Shown one piece after another: positions 19,182-32,173 of a DNA stretch of 64,000 nucleotides (positions are counted from its first letter, which is position 1; each line of letters begins with the position of its first letter). Origin of the DNA: Candidatus Peregrinibacteria bacterium CG11_big_fil_rev_8_21_14_0_20_49_14. GTDB taxonomy: Bacteria; Patescibacteriota; Gracilibacteria; Peribacterales; Peribacteraceae. The position numbers were made by a program, and so were the translations under genes. Where the stretch lies: NCBI GenBank assembly GCA_002787035.1, contig PCVP01000014.1, positions 11,542-75,541 of the forward strand, written 5' to 3'. Below the pieces are notes generated by a model. The model had not been told where the DNA came from. It did not search any database and worked only from the letters and a program-made list of their open reading frames with translations.

Positions 19182-19901
19182 ATGACAGACGGACAACAGC
19201 CTCCTGCAGGAGGTACGCCACCACCGCCACCACCCGGCGGCGGAACACCTCCACCACCTCCACCTCCTCCGCCGCCACCCCCACCTCCGTCACCGGAAGT
19301 GAAACCCGTGCGCCCCGGAGACTCTGTTCCCGACGGAGGACTGGACCCCACACAAGTATTTTCTTCTCCTCCTCCACCACCACCACCGCAATCAGGTGGT
19401 GCACAAGGAGGTGCGCAGCCACCGCAAGATCAAGGTCCGCCACCACCGCCCCCCGGGCAAGCAGCGACGAAAGAAATGGGATATGACGATGAAGATATTC
19501 GTGTTCTCGGAGAAGTGGGAAACTACAGATTCGGTTCGGTTAGTTCACAACTCACCAACGATAACATTGCGGTGCCTGTTCATCCTGAAACACAGTTCGA
19601 TGAGCAGTTGTTTCTCACTCTGCTGCGTGGAAGTATTTCTCTCACACGTGATGAAAAGTGGAGAATAATTCAGGCAATTCCAAAGCTCAGTCAGTTCCAA
19701 ATAGATGAGCTCCAAAAAATTCTGGAAGAAGAACGGAAAAAGTTCTCAGAATTATCTCCGAAGCATTTATTGCAGCTTATGAAGCTGGAACAGAAGCACT
19801 CGGATGACTGGAGAGACTTGCAAACCGTCACGGTTCAGCAAAGTGCACAGGCGCAGGAACAACAGGAAGCTGACGAAATACGGAAGCAGTTGGGACTCTA
19901 G
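19182..19901 (+). CDS. hypothetical protein with polyproline N-terminus and helical C-terminal domain
   Basis: Several long poly-Pro runs, then FDEQLFLTLLRGSISLTRDEK...QIDELQKILEEERKKF. Confidence 0.85.
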   Translation: MTDGQQPPAGGTPPPPPPGGGTPPPPPPPPPPPPPPSPEVKPVRPGDSVPDGGLDPTQVFSSPPPPPPPQSGGAQGGAQPPQDQGPPPPPPGQAATKEMGYDDEDIRVLGEVGNYRFGSVSSQLTNDNIAVPVHPETQFDEQLFLTLLRGSISLTRDEKWRIIQAIPKLSQFQIDELQKILEEERKKFSELSPKHLLQLMKLEQKHSDDWRDLQTVTVQQSAQAQEQQEADEIRKQLGL

Positions 19902-19907
19902 TACCGC

Positions 19908-20555
19908 CTATACATTCAGCCGATACAGCGAAAATGCCGCTATCCCGACGAGGGATAGCACGAACGCTTTCGGCTTTCCGCCTCCGATAGCTCTGTGTAC
20001 TGCACAAAGCATAAGAAAAAGGAATGCAGCCAGAGTGAATGTAAGTACCACAGGAGAAAATGGCGGGAGCAATGCTTCCACAAAAGGAATGTGAAAGGAT
20101 ACGTCTCTTATGTATTGGTACGCGCCAAGCGCGTACACAATGCAATACCATGCAAGCAACCAACCGGCGTACAACTGCAGTGTTTCTGTAAACGGGTAGT
20201 ACACTTTCTTTTTCGTACGTTGCTTTTTTTCTTTCTTTTTTATAGGAGGAGATTTCATTTCTTCAATGGCATTTTCTTCGTTTGTGTCTGGTGGGAAATG
20301 CAAAAGGGATTCATCGCTATCACTTGATTCAGGAACTTCTTCTTCCAGCACGATATTCGGAGTCTGATATGAACTTTGTACATTCTCCTCTCCTTCTGCA
20401 ATTAACTTCTTCTCTTGCAGCGTAGCTTCATGAAGCTCTTCTGCCACCAAATCCAGACTGGCAAGGGCTTGTCTGGCAGCCTGTGCACTTATGGACTCAA
20501 CAGTGCCCCGTATTAACTGCCCTTGGTTATTGCGAGCTGTGTAAAAGAAAAGCAT
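19908..20555 (-). CDS. membrane protein with PilC/GspF-like N-terminal segment
   Basis: F-x-Y-x-A-R-x-x-x-G-x-x-x-x-G-x-V-E start typical of PilC/GspF, acidic linker, three TM helices. Confidence 0.65.
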   Translation of the reverse strand: MLFFYTARNNQGQLIRGTVESISAQAARQALASLDLVAEELHEATLQEKKLIAEGEENVQSSYQTPNIVLEEEVPESSDSDESLLHFPPDTNEENAIEEMKSPPIKKKEKKQRTKKKVYYPFTETLQLYAGWLLAWYCIVYALGAYQYIRDVSFHIPFVEALLPPFSPVVLTFTLAAFLFLMLCAVHRAIGGGKPKAFVLSLVGIAAFSLYRLNV

Positions 20556-20579
20556 AAGGGCATTGTACCAGACAGAGAA

Positions 20580-21545
20580 CTATTCTTGCGCTTGCAGATT
20601 TACAGTGATGTACTCGACGGCAGAACGGAGAGAAGAATCAGCTCTTACTTCAAAATGTCTGCCATTTGTCCAACTTCTGTACCCGACAACCGAAGAGCCC
20701 TCCGTGTGTATTGATCCGTCTTGTATTTGGAGAGCCTGCAGACTTTCGCCGTTCAGTACAACAATTATGGGCCCGTCTCCAAGGTTCTCTATACTTTCGG
20801 AGTTCATTTCTACATGCCAGTAACTTGTGGAAGTCGCACCGAAGGATTTATACCACCAATTCTTATGAACAGGGATACAGAAACCTATGTGAGCCGTACA
20901 GTATTGCTGGGACCAATTCGACGATCCGAAATCTTCGGAAGCCATTTTCTTTGCGCGACCAAGGAAAGCGGGAGAGGCCTCTGCGACTTCGGGAGTGGAT
21001 GGCAAAACAGGCGGAGTATTTTCTGAAACCTCTTCATTTGCGTCTGTGGTTTCAGGAGTAGTTTCGGCTTCGGGTTCTTCCGTAGATGTTTCCCGTTCTG
21101 CAATGTCCGTGCTCTGCTGCATAGTGTTATCGGTCTGAGTTTCTTCGACTGTCTCTTCCTCTTTCGGCTGCAGTAACTCTATGCCCTCAACCCTCATGAT
21201 CATGGCATCTGTTTCGGTTGTGGGGCGAATGGCTCCGAGTACTTTTACTTCTTCGTTAACGTATCCGTTCAAGTCCTTCGTATTACTTTCGAGTAATATG
21301 AATTTGCCGTCCTCCATAACCAGTCTGTGAGTTCCTTCCGAATATATACTCACGCCGGCAGGCTTTACAATACCCGTATATGTTACATTCTTTGTCTCTC
21401 GAATTACTTCTTCCTGCGTTACTTCTTGCCTGTCATTCAAATCATCCGTGTTTCCATCATCCGATTGCGAATCACCGGGAGATGAGCACGCCGAGAGTGT
21501 AACAAGCAGTGTGGAACTAAGAATAAGATTGAATGATTTCTTCAT
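20580..21545 (-). CDS. putative lipoprotein (paralog of 60503..61321)
   Basis: Lipobox TLSAC, G-T-H-x-L domain, T/E-rich linker. Start reassigned to 21545. Confidence 0.8.
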   Translation of the reverse strand: MKKSFNLILSSTLLVTLSACSSPGDSQSDDGNTDDLNDRQEVTQEEVIRETKNVTYTGIVKPAGVSIYSEGTHRLVMEDGKFILLESNTKDLNGYVNEEVKVLGAIRPTTETDAMIMRVEGIELLQPKEEETVEETQTDNTMQQSTDIAERETSTEEPEAETTPETTDANEEVSENTPPVLPSTPEVAEASPAFLGRAKKMASEDFGSSNWSQQYCTAHIGFCIPVHKNWWYKSFGATSTSYWHVEMNSESIENLGDGPIIVVLNGESLQALQIQDGSIHTEGSSVVGYRSWTNGRHFEVRADSSLRSAVEYITVNLQAQE

Positions 21546-21624
21546 AAAATTATATGGCAAAGATGCCCAATTATAGCTTTTCCTCCCTACATTCATAGAG
21601 AATTCAGACATTTTGTGCACCCGT

Positions 21625-21649
21625 AAAAAAAGGGCAGCTTTCGCTGCCC
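21625..21649 (-). terminator. intrinsic terminator of dsbA
   Basis: GGGCAGC-GAAA-GCTGCCC followed by T7 on the minus strand. Confidence 0.9.
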
Positions 21650-21664
21650 ATTTACCAGACTTAT

Positions 21665-22390
21665 TTACAGTATTTCGTCGATGGCTGCTTTGATGTTTGC
21701 GTATGGCTGCGCACCGGAGATGTAGCGAGATTCCTTTGTTTTGTTGTTGTACACAATTGTTCCGGGAGTTCCACGTACGCCTGAGTTTGAACCTTCTGCC
21801 AACTGTGCATTCACTTTGTCTTCGTACTTACCGCTGGTCAGACAACTTTGGAATGCAGTCGCATCCAAACCGATTTCTGAGATGTATGCAGGGTAATTGG
21901 AAGGGTCTGATCCTTTGGTAAAGACAAGATCTGAAAAAGACCAGAAAGAATCGTTCCCGCCAATTTCAGCAGCACATTCAGATGCCAGGGCCGCTGGCAT
22001 CGCGTTCGGATGGAAGTTCAACGGGTAATGTCTGTATACCCAGTTTACCGTTCCGTCGTATTCATCCAATGCTTGTTGCATTGTCGGGTGGTGACGCTGG
22101 CAGAACGGACACTCGAAGTCCGAGTACTCAATAAGTGAAATCTCTGCTTTCAGACTGCCCTTAATGTGGTCGTTTTTAGAGTCCGGAGCTACGACACTTT
22201 GAGCTGTCGGAGCTTCAGGAGTTGGCTGAGCAGCTTGTGGCGCAGCCTGTGGAGTGGGGGCGGCAGCAGGAAGAGGTTTTGCGGATGATCCGCCTGCCGT
22301 TGCGACTCCGTAGCCAACGATTATTCCGACGAGTGCCATAGACACTCCAAACCATGGATTATTGGTCGATAGTGAATTTGTTACGGTCAT
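21665..22390 (-). CDS. dsbA: membrane-anchored DsbA/BdbD-family thiol-disulfide oxidoreductase
   Basis: EYSDFECPFC, YRHYPL, GVRGTP, SGAQP, N-terminal TM. Confidence 0.92.
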   Translation of the reverse strand: MTVTNSLSTNNPWFGVSMALVGIIVGYGVATAGGSSAKPLPAAAPTPQAAPQAAQPTPEAPTAQSVVAPDSKNDHIKGSLKAEISLIEYSDFECPFCQRHHPTMQQALDEYDGTVNWVYRHYPLNFHPNAMPAALASECAAEIGGNDSFWSFSDLVFTKGSDPSNYPAYISEIGLDATAFQSCLTSGKYEDKVNAQLAEGSNSGVRGTPGTIVYNNKTKESRYISGAQPYANIKAAIDEIL

Positions 22391-22465
22391 GATAAAGAGA
22401 ATGTAAAGAATGAAAAGTGCATGTTACAAATCAATGCTAACACGAAAAGAGAGTTTGAACAGTTC

Positions 22466-22897
22466 TCACTCTCTTTTCAGAAGTGTCATGGCAAGCATTC
22501 TTGGCATTTCGTGCAAAGGGCCTGCTCTGGCAAGCTCATAATGCCTAATCGTTGTTACAGAAAACGGCAATTGCACCGAAAAGTCAGCAATAGTTTGAGG
22601 AACAGTTTCAGTTGCAGTGAAGAAATTGTGCAGGACTTGCCTGTCTGCATGTGCGAGACTCTGCAAGCAAGACTCTGTGTCCTGGCAGCCTGAAGTATGA
22701 GTTTGAGTACTTCGAATGTCTTCAGCCACAGACATCATTATACAGCTGGGCTCTGAGGGGGCAGGTGACATATTTGGTGCCGTTGCCGATGCAGATACGG
22801 GCGACATGAGAGCAGCTGCCAGAATCATTCCGCTGCATGCAGACATGTTAATGGATGTAGAAACTACTCCTACCAACAGTGACCGAAACGTAATCAT
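22466..22897 (-). CDS. Cys-containing exported ORF with C-terminal RAGP motif (candidate arrest/leader peptide)
   Basis: Hydrophobic N-terminus, four Cys, ARAGP 14 residues from the end, immediately upstream of dsbA. Confidence 0.6.
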   Translation of the reverse strand: MITFRSLLVGVVSTSINMSACSGMILAAALMSPVSASATAPNMSPAPSEPSCIMMSVAEDIRSTQTHTSGCQDTESCLQSLAHADRQVLHNFFTATETVPQTIADFSVQLPFSVTTIRHYELARAGPLHEMPRMLAMTLLKRE

Positions 22898-22940
22898 TCG
22901 GCTCCAATGATACTTCTATTCTTTGCTTTTGCGAATAGCA

Positions 22941-24302
22941 CTACTCTGCCAGTGCAAATTCTGTTCGTACGTACGACGGAAGTTCATGGTACCGAGATAC
23001 AATGATGCTTTCTTCGGTTCTGCCATTCGGATATTGCACTGTTTGCGTCCAAGCCACCTCGTTTCTGGCCACCCTCCTGCCATCTATGAATAACGAATCC
23101 GGGTAATTGGAGCTGAAATAGGGCCCCTGCAGATCCACTGTGCGTCCATCGGAAGTGCCATAAACGTTCACGTACGCTTCATTGCCGTCGTTGTATGCCT
23201 GGATGATAACCGGATAACCGGTATCGTTTACAAACGTTAAATCTTGTACTCCAGGGAAAATTGTTGCATCTATACCCACGCCATATTTCTTGTAGTACGA
23301 AACGTACAAACTGTGACTTCTGCGTTCCAAAACGGGAAATCCTGCGAGAACGGCAGCTCTGTAGACTGTTGTAGAAGCTTGGCATATGCCACCGCCGGGT
23401 GCAGGACGCAACTCTGTTCCTCCAAAAATAACCTTTGCCATTTTCCATCCTCTCCTTTCGGATACCGGACCCCCCAATGTGCTATTGAAAGAAAAAGTTT
23501 CGCCCGGTGCGACGTACATGTTGTTCACATGTTCATTCAGCGCTTTTCTCACGTTGTAAGCGCGTGCATATGTGGATCCTGTGAAATCTGATTTTCCGGA
23601 AGCAAGGAGTTCCAGTTTACCCAAGTCTATTTCCGATACGTTTCGCAGTTGTCCGTTTTTTTCCAGTAACTGAATTTCTATTCCGGACACATCTTCAACC
23701 AATGCTTTTTTCAAATCGGATGAGGCGGAAGCAATGTCTATGGCTTGTCCTTTCTTTGCCACACCGGACGTAGAAACTCTCGTAATATTTTTTTGTAGAG
23801 TAATTCCCGTCACCTCCACATCTACAGGCGCCTGAATGCTCGGTTCAATTTCCGCTTCAATTGTTTTTGCTATTTCAGAAGTATCCACTGTGTACACGGC
23901 ATCCGTCAGAGAAAACTCTGGGTGAATCCACAGAGGATATGCATGGAGCGATACGTCCCAAACTTTATGTTGATCGCCGTTACTGGAACGAATATCAGCT
24001 CGCACTTTGTGACTCAGTAACGACTGCCGCTGTGTAATTGCCTGTGCAAGCTTATCCAGAGGAGGGGATTGCTTCCCCTGGCTGTAGAGCCTTTTCTGCA
24101 ATCGGCCCGCCACTCTCTCCTGCAATGTATCTGAATGATAGTCGAGCATAGTAGCCAGTACCGAAGGAACACCAATGCTCGACCGCAAAGACAGCAGTTG
24201 CACATTGGATCCGTCATGAGCGGATGGTGCAAAAATCACGAGCGTCAGAACGCTTAAGAGTGAAAAGTACGTTGCAAGTATGTGTCTACACGAGTATTTC
24301 AT
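22941..24302 (-). CDS. VanW family protein
   Basis: PGETFSFN, GGGICQASTTVYRAA, RSHS-x-Y-V-x-YY, DATIF, DLTFVND. Confidence 0.92.
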   Translation of the reverse strand: MKYSCRHILATYFSLLSVLTLVIFAPSAHDGSNVQLLSLRSSIGVPSVLATMLDYHSDTLQERVAGRLQKRLYSQGKQSPPLDKLAQAITQRQSLLSHKVRADIRSSNGDQHKVWDVSLHAYPLWIHPEFSLTDAVYTVDTSEIAKTIEAEIEPSIQAPVDVEVTGITLQKNITRVSTSGVAKKGQAIDIASASSDLKKALVEDVSGIEIQLLEKNGQLRNVSEIDLGKLELLASGKSDFTGSTYARAYNVRKALNEHVNNMYVAPGETFSFNSTLGGPVSERRGWKMAKVIFGGTELRPAPGGGICQASTTVYRAAVLAGFPVLERRSHSLYVSYYKKYGVGIDATIFPGVQDLTFVNDTGYPVIIQAYNDGNEAYVNVYGTSDGRTVDLQGPYFSSNYPDSLFIDGRRVARNEVAWTQTVQYPNGRTEESIIVSRYHELPSYVRTEFALAE

Positions 24303-24421
24303 GAAATTTGTATTTTTTTATGACCTAATTAACAATGTTATTATACAATGAATTACAACTCTTAGCAAATATTAGAGTGTGCACTTGGTAAGATGTGCTT
24401 GAAGCACGTACACTTACGAGC

Positions 24422-25501
24422 ATGCAAAAAGATGTCATTACATACCTCTCTACATTTGTTTCGTTTCAATCGGTTCACGGAAACGAGGCAGAGAAAAAAA
24501 GGTGTTTGGACTGGATTGTAGAGACATTTCTTTCGGATAGTGAGCATGTCATACATACGGGAAACTGCGAGAACTCTCCCTACGTGTATCTCCATCATCC
24601 TGAGGCTGAACTTTGCTGGTTTGCTCATACGGATGTTGTTCCGGGAACAGAAGATCAGTTCACCGTACAGATTGAGGGAGAGAAGGCATTTGGCAGAGGC
24701 GTGAAAGATATGAAAGGTGCTGCCCTTTCATTTTTACTGGCGTACAAACACACATTGGAGAAAGGCGAAAAACCAAAGGTGAGCGTACTGCTAACGAGTG
24801 ACGAAGAGACAGCCGGCAGAAGTATTCCGCAGCTTATCTCCGAGGGACTCCTGCATGCTCCTGTAGCATTTACTCCGGATACGAGCAGTCATCCCGGAAT
24901 TGTCGTGGAACACAAAGGAGTCGTATGGGCCGACTTAACTGTGGGTGGAAAAGGAGGACACGGAGCTATGCCATGGGAATGTGAAAATCCGCTGTGGAAA
25001 CTGGGAGAAGTATTGCAATTGCTGCGGGAGAAATTTCCGCCTGGTACGTACGATGATTGGCAGATAACAGTGACTCCCACAACCCTGAACGGAAGCAGTG
25101 CAAAAAATCAGGTTCCGGACACGGCGCGATGCGGTCTGGATATACGGTATCCTGCCTCTCTCTGTTCCAATGCTTCCGAAGCTATTGCAATCGTATCTTC
25201 CGTGCTTCCGGAAGGTTGCGAACTGAAAGAGATTATCAGCGCCAGTCCGTTACAAACGGACTCCGATCATGAGATGGTGCGAAGAGTGCAATCCATTGCG
25301 CAACAGGTGGAAGGGAGGAATGTGGAGCTTATTCGTGAACATGGAGGAACAGATGCGCGCTACTTCAGTGAAGTTGGAATTCCCGCATTTCTGTACGGAC
25401 CTGTGGGAGGAGATTTACACGGAAAGAATGAATGGGTTTCCATCCCATCTCTTCTGCAACAGTACGAGATAAATATGAAACTCTTACAATCCCTTCTTTA
25501 A
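24422..25501 (+). CDS. M20 family metallo-hydrolase (ArgE/DapE-like)
   Basis: AHTDVVP, GRGVKDMKG, DEE, GHGAMP, GGTDAR, H-x-x-NE. Confidence 0.92.
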   Translation: MQKDVITYLSTFVSFQSVHGNEAEKKRCLDWIVETFLSDSEHVIHTGNCENSPYVYLHHPEAELCWFAHTDVVPGTEDQFTVQIEGEKAFGRGVKDMKGAALSFLLAYKHTLEKGEKPKVSVLLTSDEETAGRSIPQLISEGLLHAPVAFTPDTSSHPGIVVEHKGVVWADLTVGGKGGHGAMPWECENPLWKLGEVLQLLREKFPPGTYDDWQITVTPTTLNGSSAKNQVPDTARCGLDIRYPASLCSNASEAIAIVSSVLPEGCELKEIISASPLQTDSDHEMVRRVQSIAQQVEGRNVELIREHGGTDARYFSEVGIPAFLYGPVGGDLHGKNEWVSIPSLLQQYEINMKLLQSLL

Positions 25502-25503
25502 AT

Positions 25504-26157
25504 CTACCTAAGAAAAGGAATATTGGCTTCAAGCTCCACTTCGTTATCCACTCCGCCGGGCACTCCTATATTAAAGTCACTGCGCAGCAACGTATGTTTC
25601 ATGGTGAGACCTGCATCCGAAATATCGGCAGTGATGGTAAGAGGTTTGGATACGCCATGCATAGTCAAGTTACCTGTAATGTCATAGCGAGTTCCTCCTT
25701 TGCTTTCGATGTTTGTGGAGAGAAACGTTGCTTGCGGGTATGTCTCTGCATCGAAGAAATCTTCGGACAGTAAATGATCTGTCAGCATCTGTTTTCCTGT
25801 TTTCAGACTGTTTATGGGTATGGAGAGAGCAATTTGAGATGCTTCCAGTCTTATAGGATCTTCCGCATTCGGAACCATTTGGAAGTTGATGTCGTAGAAC
25901 GCTCCTTCCTCTTTTACCAAGTTTCCTTTTGTTCCGATAAACGTAAGAATGCTGTCATTTCTGTTCCCGTTGATTCCTGTTTTTGAAAGATTGGCCATGG
26001 AATCGGACTGCAGAGGAGAAGTAACGCGCACATTCGCAGTGGCTTCATTTCCTTCCGCATCCATTCTTTCGTATGAACGGATGGCTTCGGTTTTAAAACC
26101 GGAACCAAAACTGCAGCCGACTAGTGTAAGCGTAAGCAACAGAACAGATTTTCTCAT
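25504..26157 (-). CDS. YceI-family lipoprotein
   Basis: Lipobox LVGC, DHLLSEDFFDAETYP, GNLTMHGVSK, RSDFNIG. Start reassigned because the longer ORF overlaps tRNA-Phe. Confidence 0.9.
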   Translation of the reverse strand: MRKSVLLLTLTLVGCSFGSGFKTEAIRSYERMDAEGNEATANVRVTSPLQSDSMANLSKTGINGNRNDSILTFIGTKGNLVKEEGAFYDINFQMVPNAEDPIRLEASQIALSIPINSLKTGKQMLTDHLLSEDFFDAETYPQATFLSTNIESKGGTRYDITGNLTMHGVSKPLTITADISDAGLTMKHTLLRSDFNIGVPGGVDNEVELEANIPFLR

Positions 26158-26174
26158 AAGCAATGGAATGACAG

Positions 26175-26250
26175 TGGTGGCCCAGATCAGATTTGAACTG
26201 ATGACACCTCGCTCTTCAGGCGAGTGCTCTACCAACTGAGCTACCGGGCC
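26175..26250 (-). tRNA. tRNA-Phe(GAA)
   Basis: GGCCCGG acceptor stem, anticodon arm CTCGC-CTGAAGA-GCGAG, GTTCAAATC, encoded CCA. Confidence 0.96.
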
Positions 26251-26488
26251 AAAATGATTCTTAACAAAGTCGTTGATCTAAGGGATCGAGCAGAATAAAT
26301 CTGCGATATGCTTCTATCGTACGTGAATCAAAGCTGGGTGAGTGTAGCAACTCCTCGTTCGTTCGAGAAGGCAAAGATAGAAGTTTCCTTCTGAGCGATA
26401 ATTGACTAGCATATACTAGTGTTGTATAGTTATACACCCGTTCTTTTACTAAAAAGGCTCAAATACTTCAACCAGAATCGAGGTTCTC

Positions 26489-26932
26489 ATGAATTGGACT
26501 GCAATTTTTCTTGCACTTGCATCTATGGCACTCGGCGCAGTTCTTATGCGCCAGTACCTGCAAAACCGCAAGATTTCACTGCAAAGCGTATGGGCCGGCC
26601 TTCAACGTGAAGGGTCACCTGTTCCGTGTGCAGATTCTCTAAGCTTCAGTGCAAGAACGTTGCCGAAGAAGGGTCTTTTAACTCCGGCACACTCGCCGTC
26701 GCTATCGTTTCTGTACGTCAACATTCCTCGTGAAGGAGAAACCCCGGAAGAAGAATTTCTCCTCGTCAGCCAAAGCGGTTTTGTCGGTCAGTTGAAACTG
26801 ACATATCGAAACGGTGAGCTGCTTGAGGCCAAAGTTGTTGTGGGTACTGAGAAACCACAAAAACTGAAAATTGCACTCTACGCATCCATCGCGGTGCGAG
26901 TTCTAAGCAGTGTTCGAGGTCGACAACATTAA
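26489..26932 (+). CDS. hypothetical protein with N-terminal membrane anchor
   Basis: 147 aa with a hydrophobic first 20 residues. Confidence 0.65.
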   Translation: MNWTAIFLALASMALGAVLMRQYLQNRKISLQSVWAGLQREGSPVPCADSLSFSARTLPKKGLLTPAHSPSLSFLYVNIPREGETPEEEFLLVSQSGFVGQLKLTYRNGELLEAKVVVGTEKPQKLKIALYASIAVRVLSSVRGRQH

Positions 26933-26982
26933 CCATTGCAGAGCGGGATAAACTGCGATCTCCTTGAGCCGGGATCGCAGTT

Positions 26983-30549
<3,567 letters not shown>

Positions 30550-30565
30550 CACTGTGATATGATTG

Positions 30566-30593
30566 GCGAGCCTCCTGGGAGGCTCGCTTCTTC
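30566..30593 (+). terminator. putative terminator after dnaK
   Basis: GCGAGCCTC-CTGG-GAGGCTCGC followed by TTCTTC. Confidence 0.7.
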
Positions 30594-30634
30594 AACTAAT
30601 TGCCAATATGACCATATTAAGGTATAATGATCAT

Positions 30635-31093
30635 GTGAAAAACGAACAACAAGAACCTGCCAATGGTGCAGAGGCTCCTGAAAACCTTTCTGTTACGGAG
30701 CAAATACTGAGCCTTCAGGTCGATTTGAAAGGTCGTATGAAAGGATTGGCTGACCCCGGTACAGTATGGCAAATGGCACAAATTGAAATGTCGAATGAAG
30801 CAAATAATCAGAAACAACGAACATTCGTTCGAGCTATTTTGGCAGGATTGGCGCTAGGAAAGCCGCATACAGAGTTGATTTCTGTAGTGGAAAAATGGCA
30901 ACGTGCGGGAGTGGGAGACCAGAAACTTGCTGTGAGTGTTTCTCGCATACTGGAAGACGCCACTCATGAAAATGGTGAGTATCATTCCAAGAGTATTGCT
31001 GCAGCCGTAGAAAAAGAGGTGAACAGAGGTCATGTTCCGGGTATACAACCTCCCGGAGCCGGGAGTCAACCTGTACGAAGAAGAGCAGCGTAG
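30635..31093 (+). CDS. hypothetical protein (probably leaderless, GTG start)
   Basis: TTGCCA (30600-05) N17 TATAAT (30623-28), 6 nt, then an in-frame GTG. Confidence 0.65.
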   Translation: MKNEQQEPANGAEAPENLSVTEQILSLQVDLKGRMKGLADPGTVWQMAQIEMSNEANNQKQRTFVRAILAGLALGKPHTELISVVEKWQRAGVGDQKLAVSVSRILEDATHENGEYHSKSIAAAVEKEVNRGHVPGIQPPGAGSQPVRRRAA

Positions 31094-31094
31094 T

Positions 31095-32111
31095 TTAGAG
31101 CTGCTTTCCAACCAACTCTGCCAGTTCCACAAGGCGGTTGCTGTAGCCCCATTCATTGTCGTACCAAGAGAGTGTTTTTACGACAGTAACACCGTCTTGA
31201 GTATGCACTTTCGTACTCTGTGCATCGATGATGGAACTTCTGGAATCGCCCACATAGTCTTGCAGAACAAGAGGACGCTCTTCGTACCCGAGTATTCCTT
31301 TCATCGAGCCTTTTGCTGCAGCCTTAAATGCCGCATTTACTTCTTCTGCAGTGACTTGTTTGGACACGACGGTTGTAAGGTCGGTTAGACTTCCCGTAGG
31401 CGTGGGAACACGAATGGACATACCATCCAGCTTTCCCGCAAGCTCCGGCAGCACAAGACCTACTGCAATGGCGGCCCCTGTGGTGGTAGGAATCATATTT
31501 ATGGCTGCGGCACGAGCTCTTCGCATGTCTTTATGTGGCAAATCCAGCAGTCGCTGGTCGTTTGTGTAGCTGTGAATGGTTGTCATAAATCCTTGCTGAA
31601 TGCCGAAGTTTTCATGAATAACCTTTGCCATGGGAGCGAGGCAGTTAGTGGTACACGATGCGTTCGAAATAACATCCATTGTCTTGGGATCATAGGTTTC
31701 CTCGTTTACACCGAGACAAAATGTTCCGTCCGCCTTGTCTTTACATGGTGCGGAAAGAATCACCTTCTTGGCACCCGCTTGAAGGTGAGCGGCAGCGGCA
31801 TCTCGGTGGTTAAACACTCCCGTACACTCAAGTACGACGTCCACTTTCAGCTCTTTGTGAGCGAGAGTCGAAGGATCTTTACAGGCTGAAATTCGAATTT
31901 TACCGTGCTTGTTACACAGCATCCCGTCTTTGTAGCATGTATCTCCACAATCGTAATGACCATACGTGGAATCAAATTCAAAGAGATGTGCGAGAGTAGC
32001 GGCATCCGTAAGATCGTTGATGAGCACAACGTTGATACTTGGGTGCTTCTCCTGAATAATACGCAGTGCCTGACGGCCGATGCGTCCGAATCCGTTTATG
32101 GCTATGTTCAT
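31095..32111 (-). CDS. gap: type I glyceraldehyde-3-phosphate dehydrogenase, NAD-type (GapA-like)
   Basis: INGFGRIGR, INDL, ASCTTNC, LLDLPH, WYDNEWGY. Start at 32111. Confidence 0.97.
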   Translation of the reverse strand: MNIAINGFGRIGRQALRIIQEKHPSINVVLINDLTDAATLAHLFEFDSTYGHYDCGDTCYKDGMLCNKHGKIRISACKDPSTLAHKELKVDVVLECTGVFNHRDAAAAHLQAGAKKVILSAPCKDKADGTFCLGVNEETYDPKTMDVISNASCTTNCLAPMAKVIHENFGIQQGFMTTIHSYTNDQRLLDLPHKDMRRARAAAINMIPTTTGAAIAVGLVLPELAGKLDGMSIRVPTPTGSLTDLTTVVSKQVTAEEVNAAFKAAAKGSMKGILGYEERPLVLQDYVGDSRSSIIDAQSTKVHTQDGVTVVKTLSWYDNEWGYSNRLVELAELVGKQL

Positions 32112-32173
32112 ACTGAAAGAGGGAAAGTACGAGAAGTGTACCAATTCATTTTGTAGTGGTCGAGATGTTGTCT

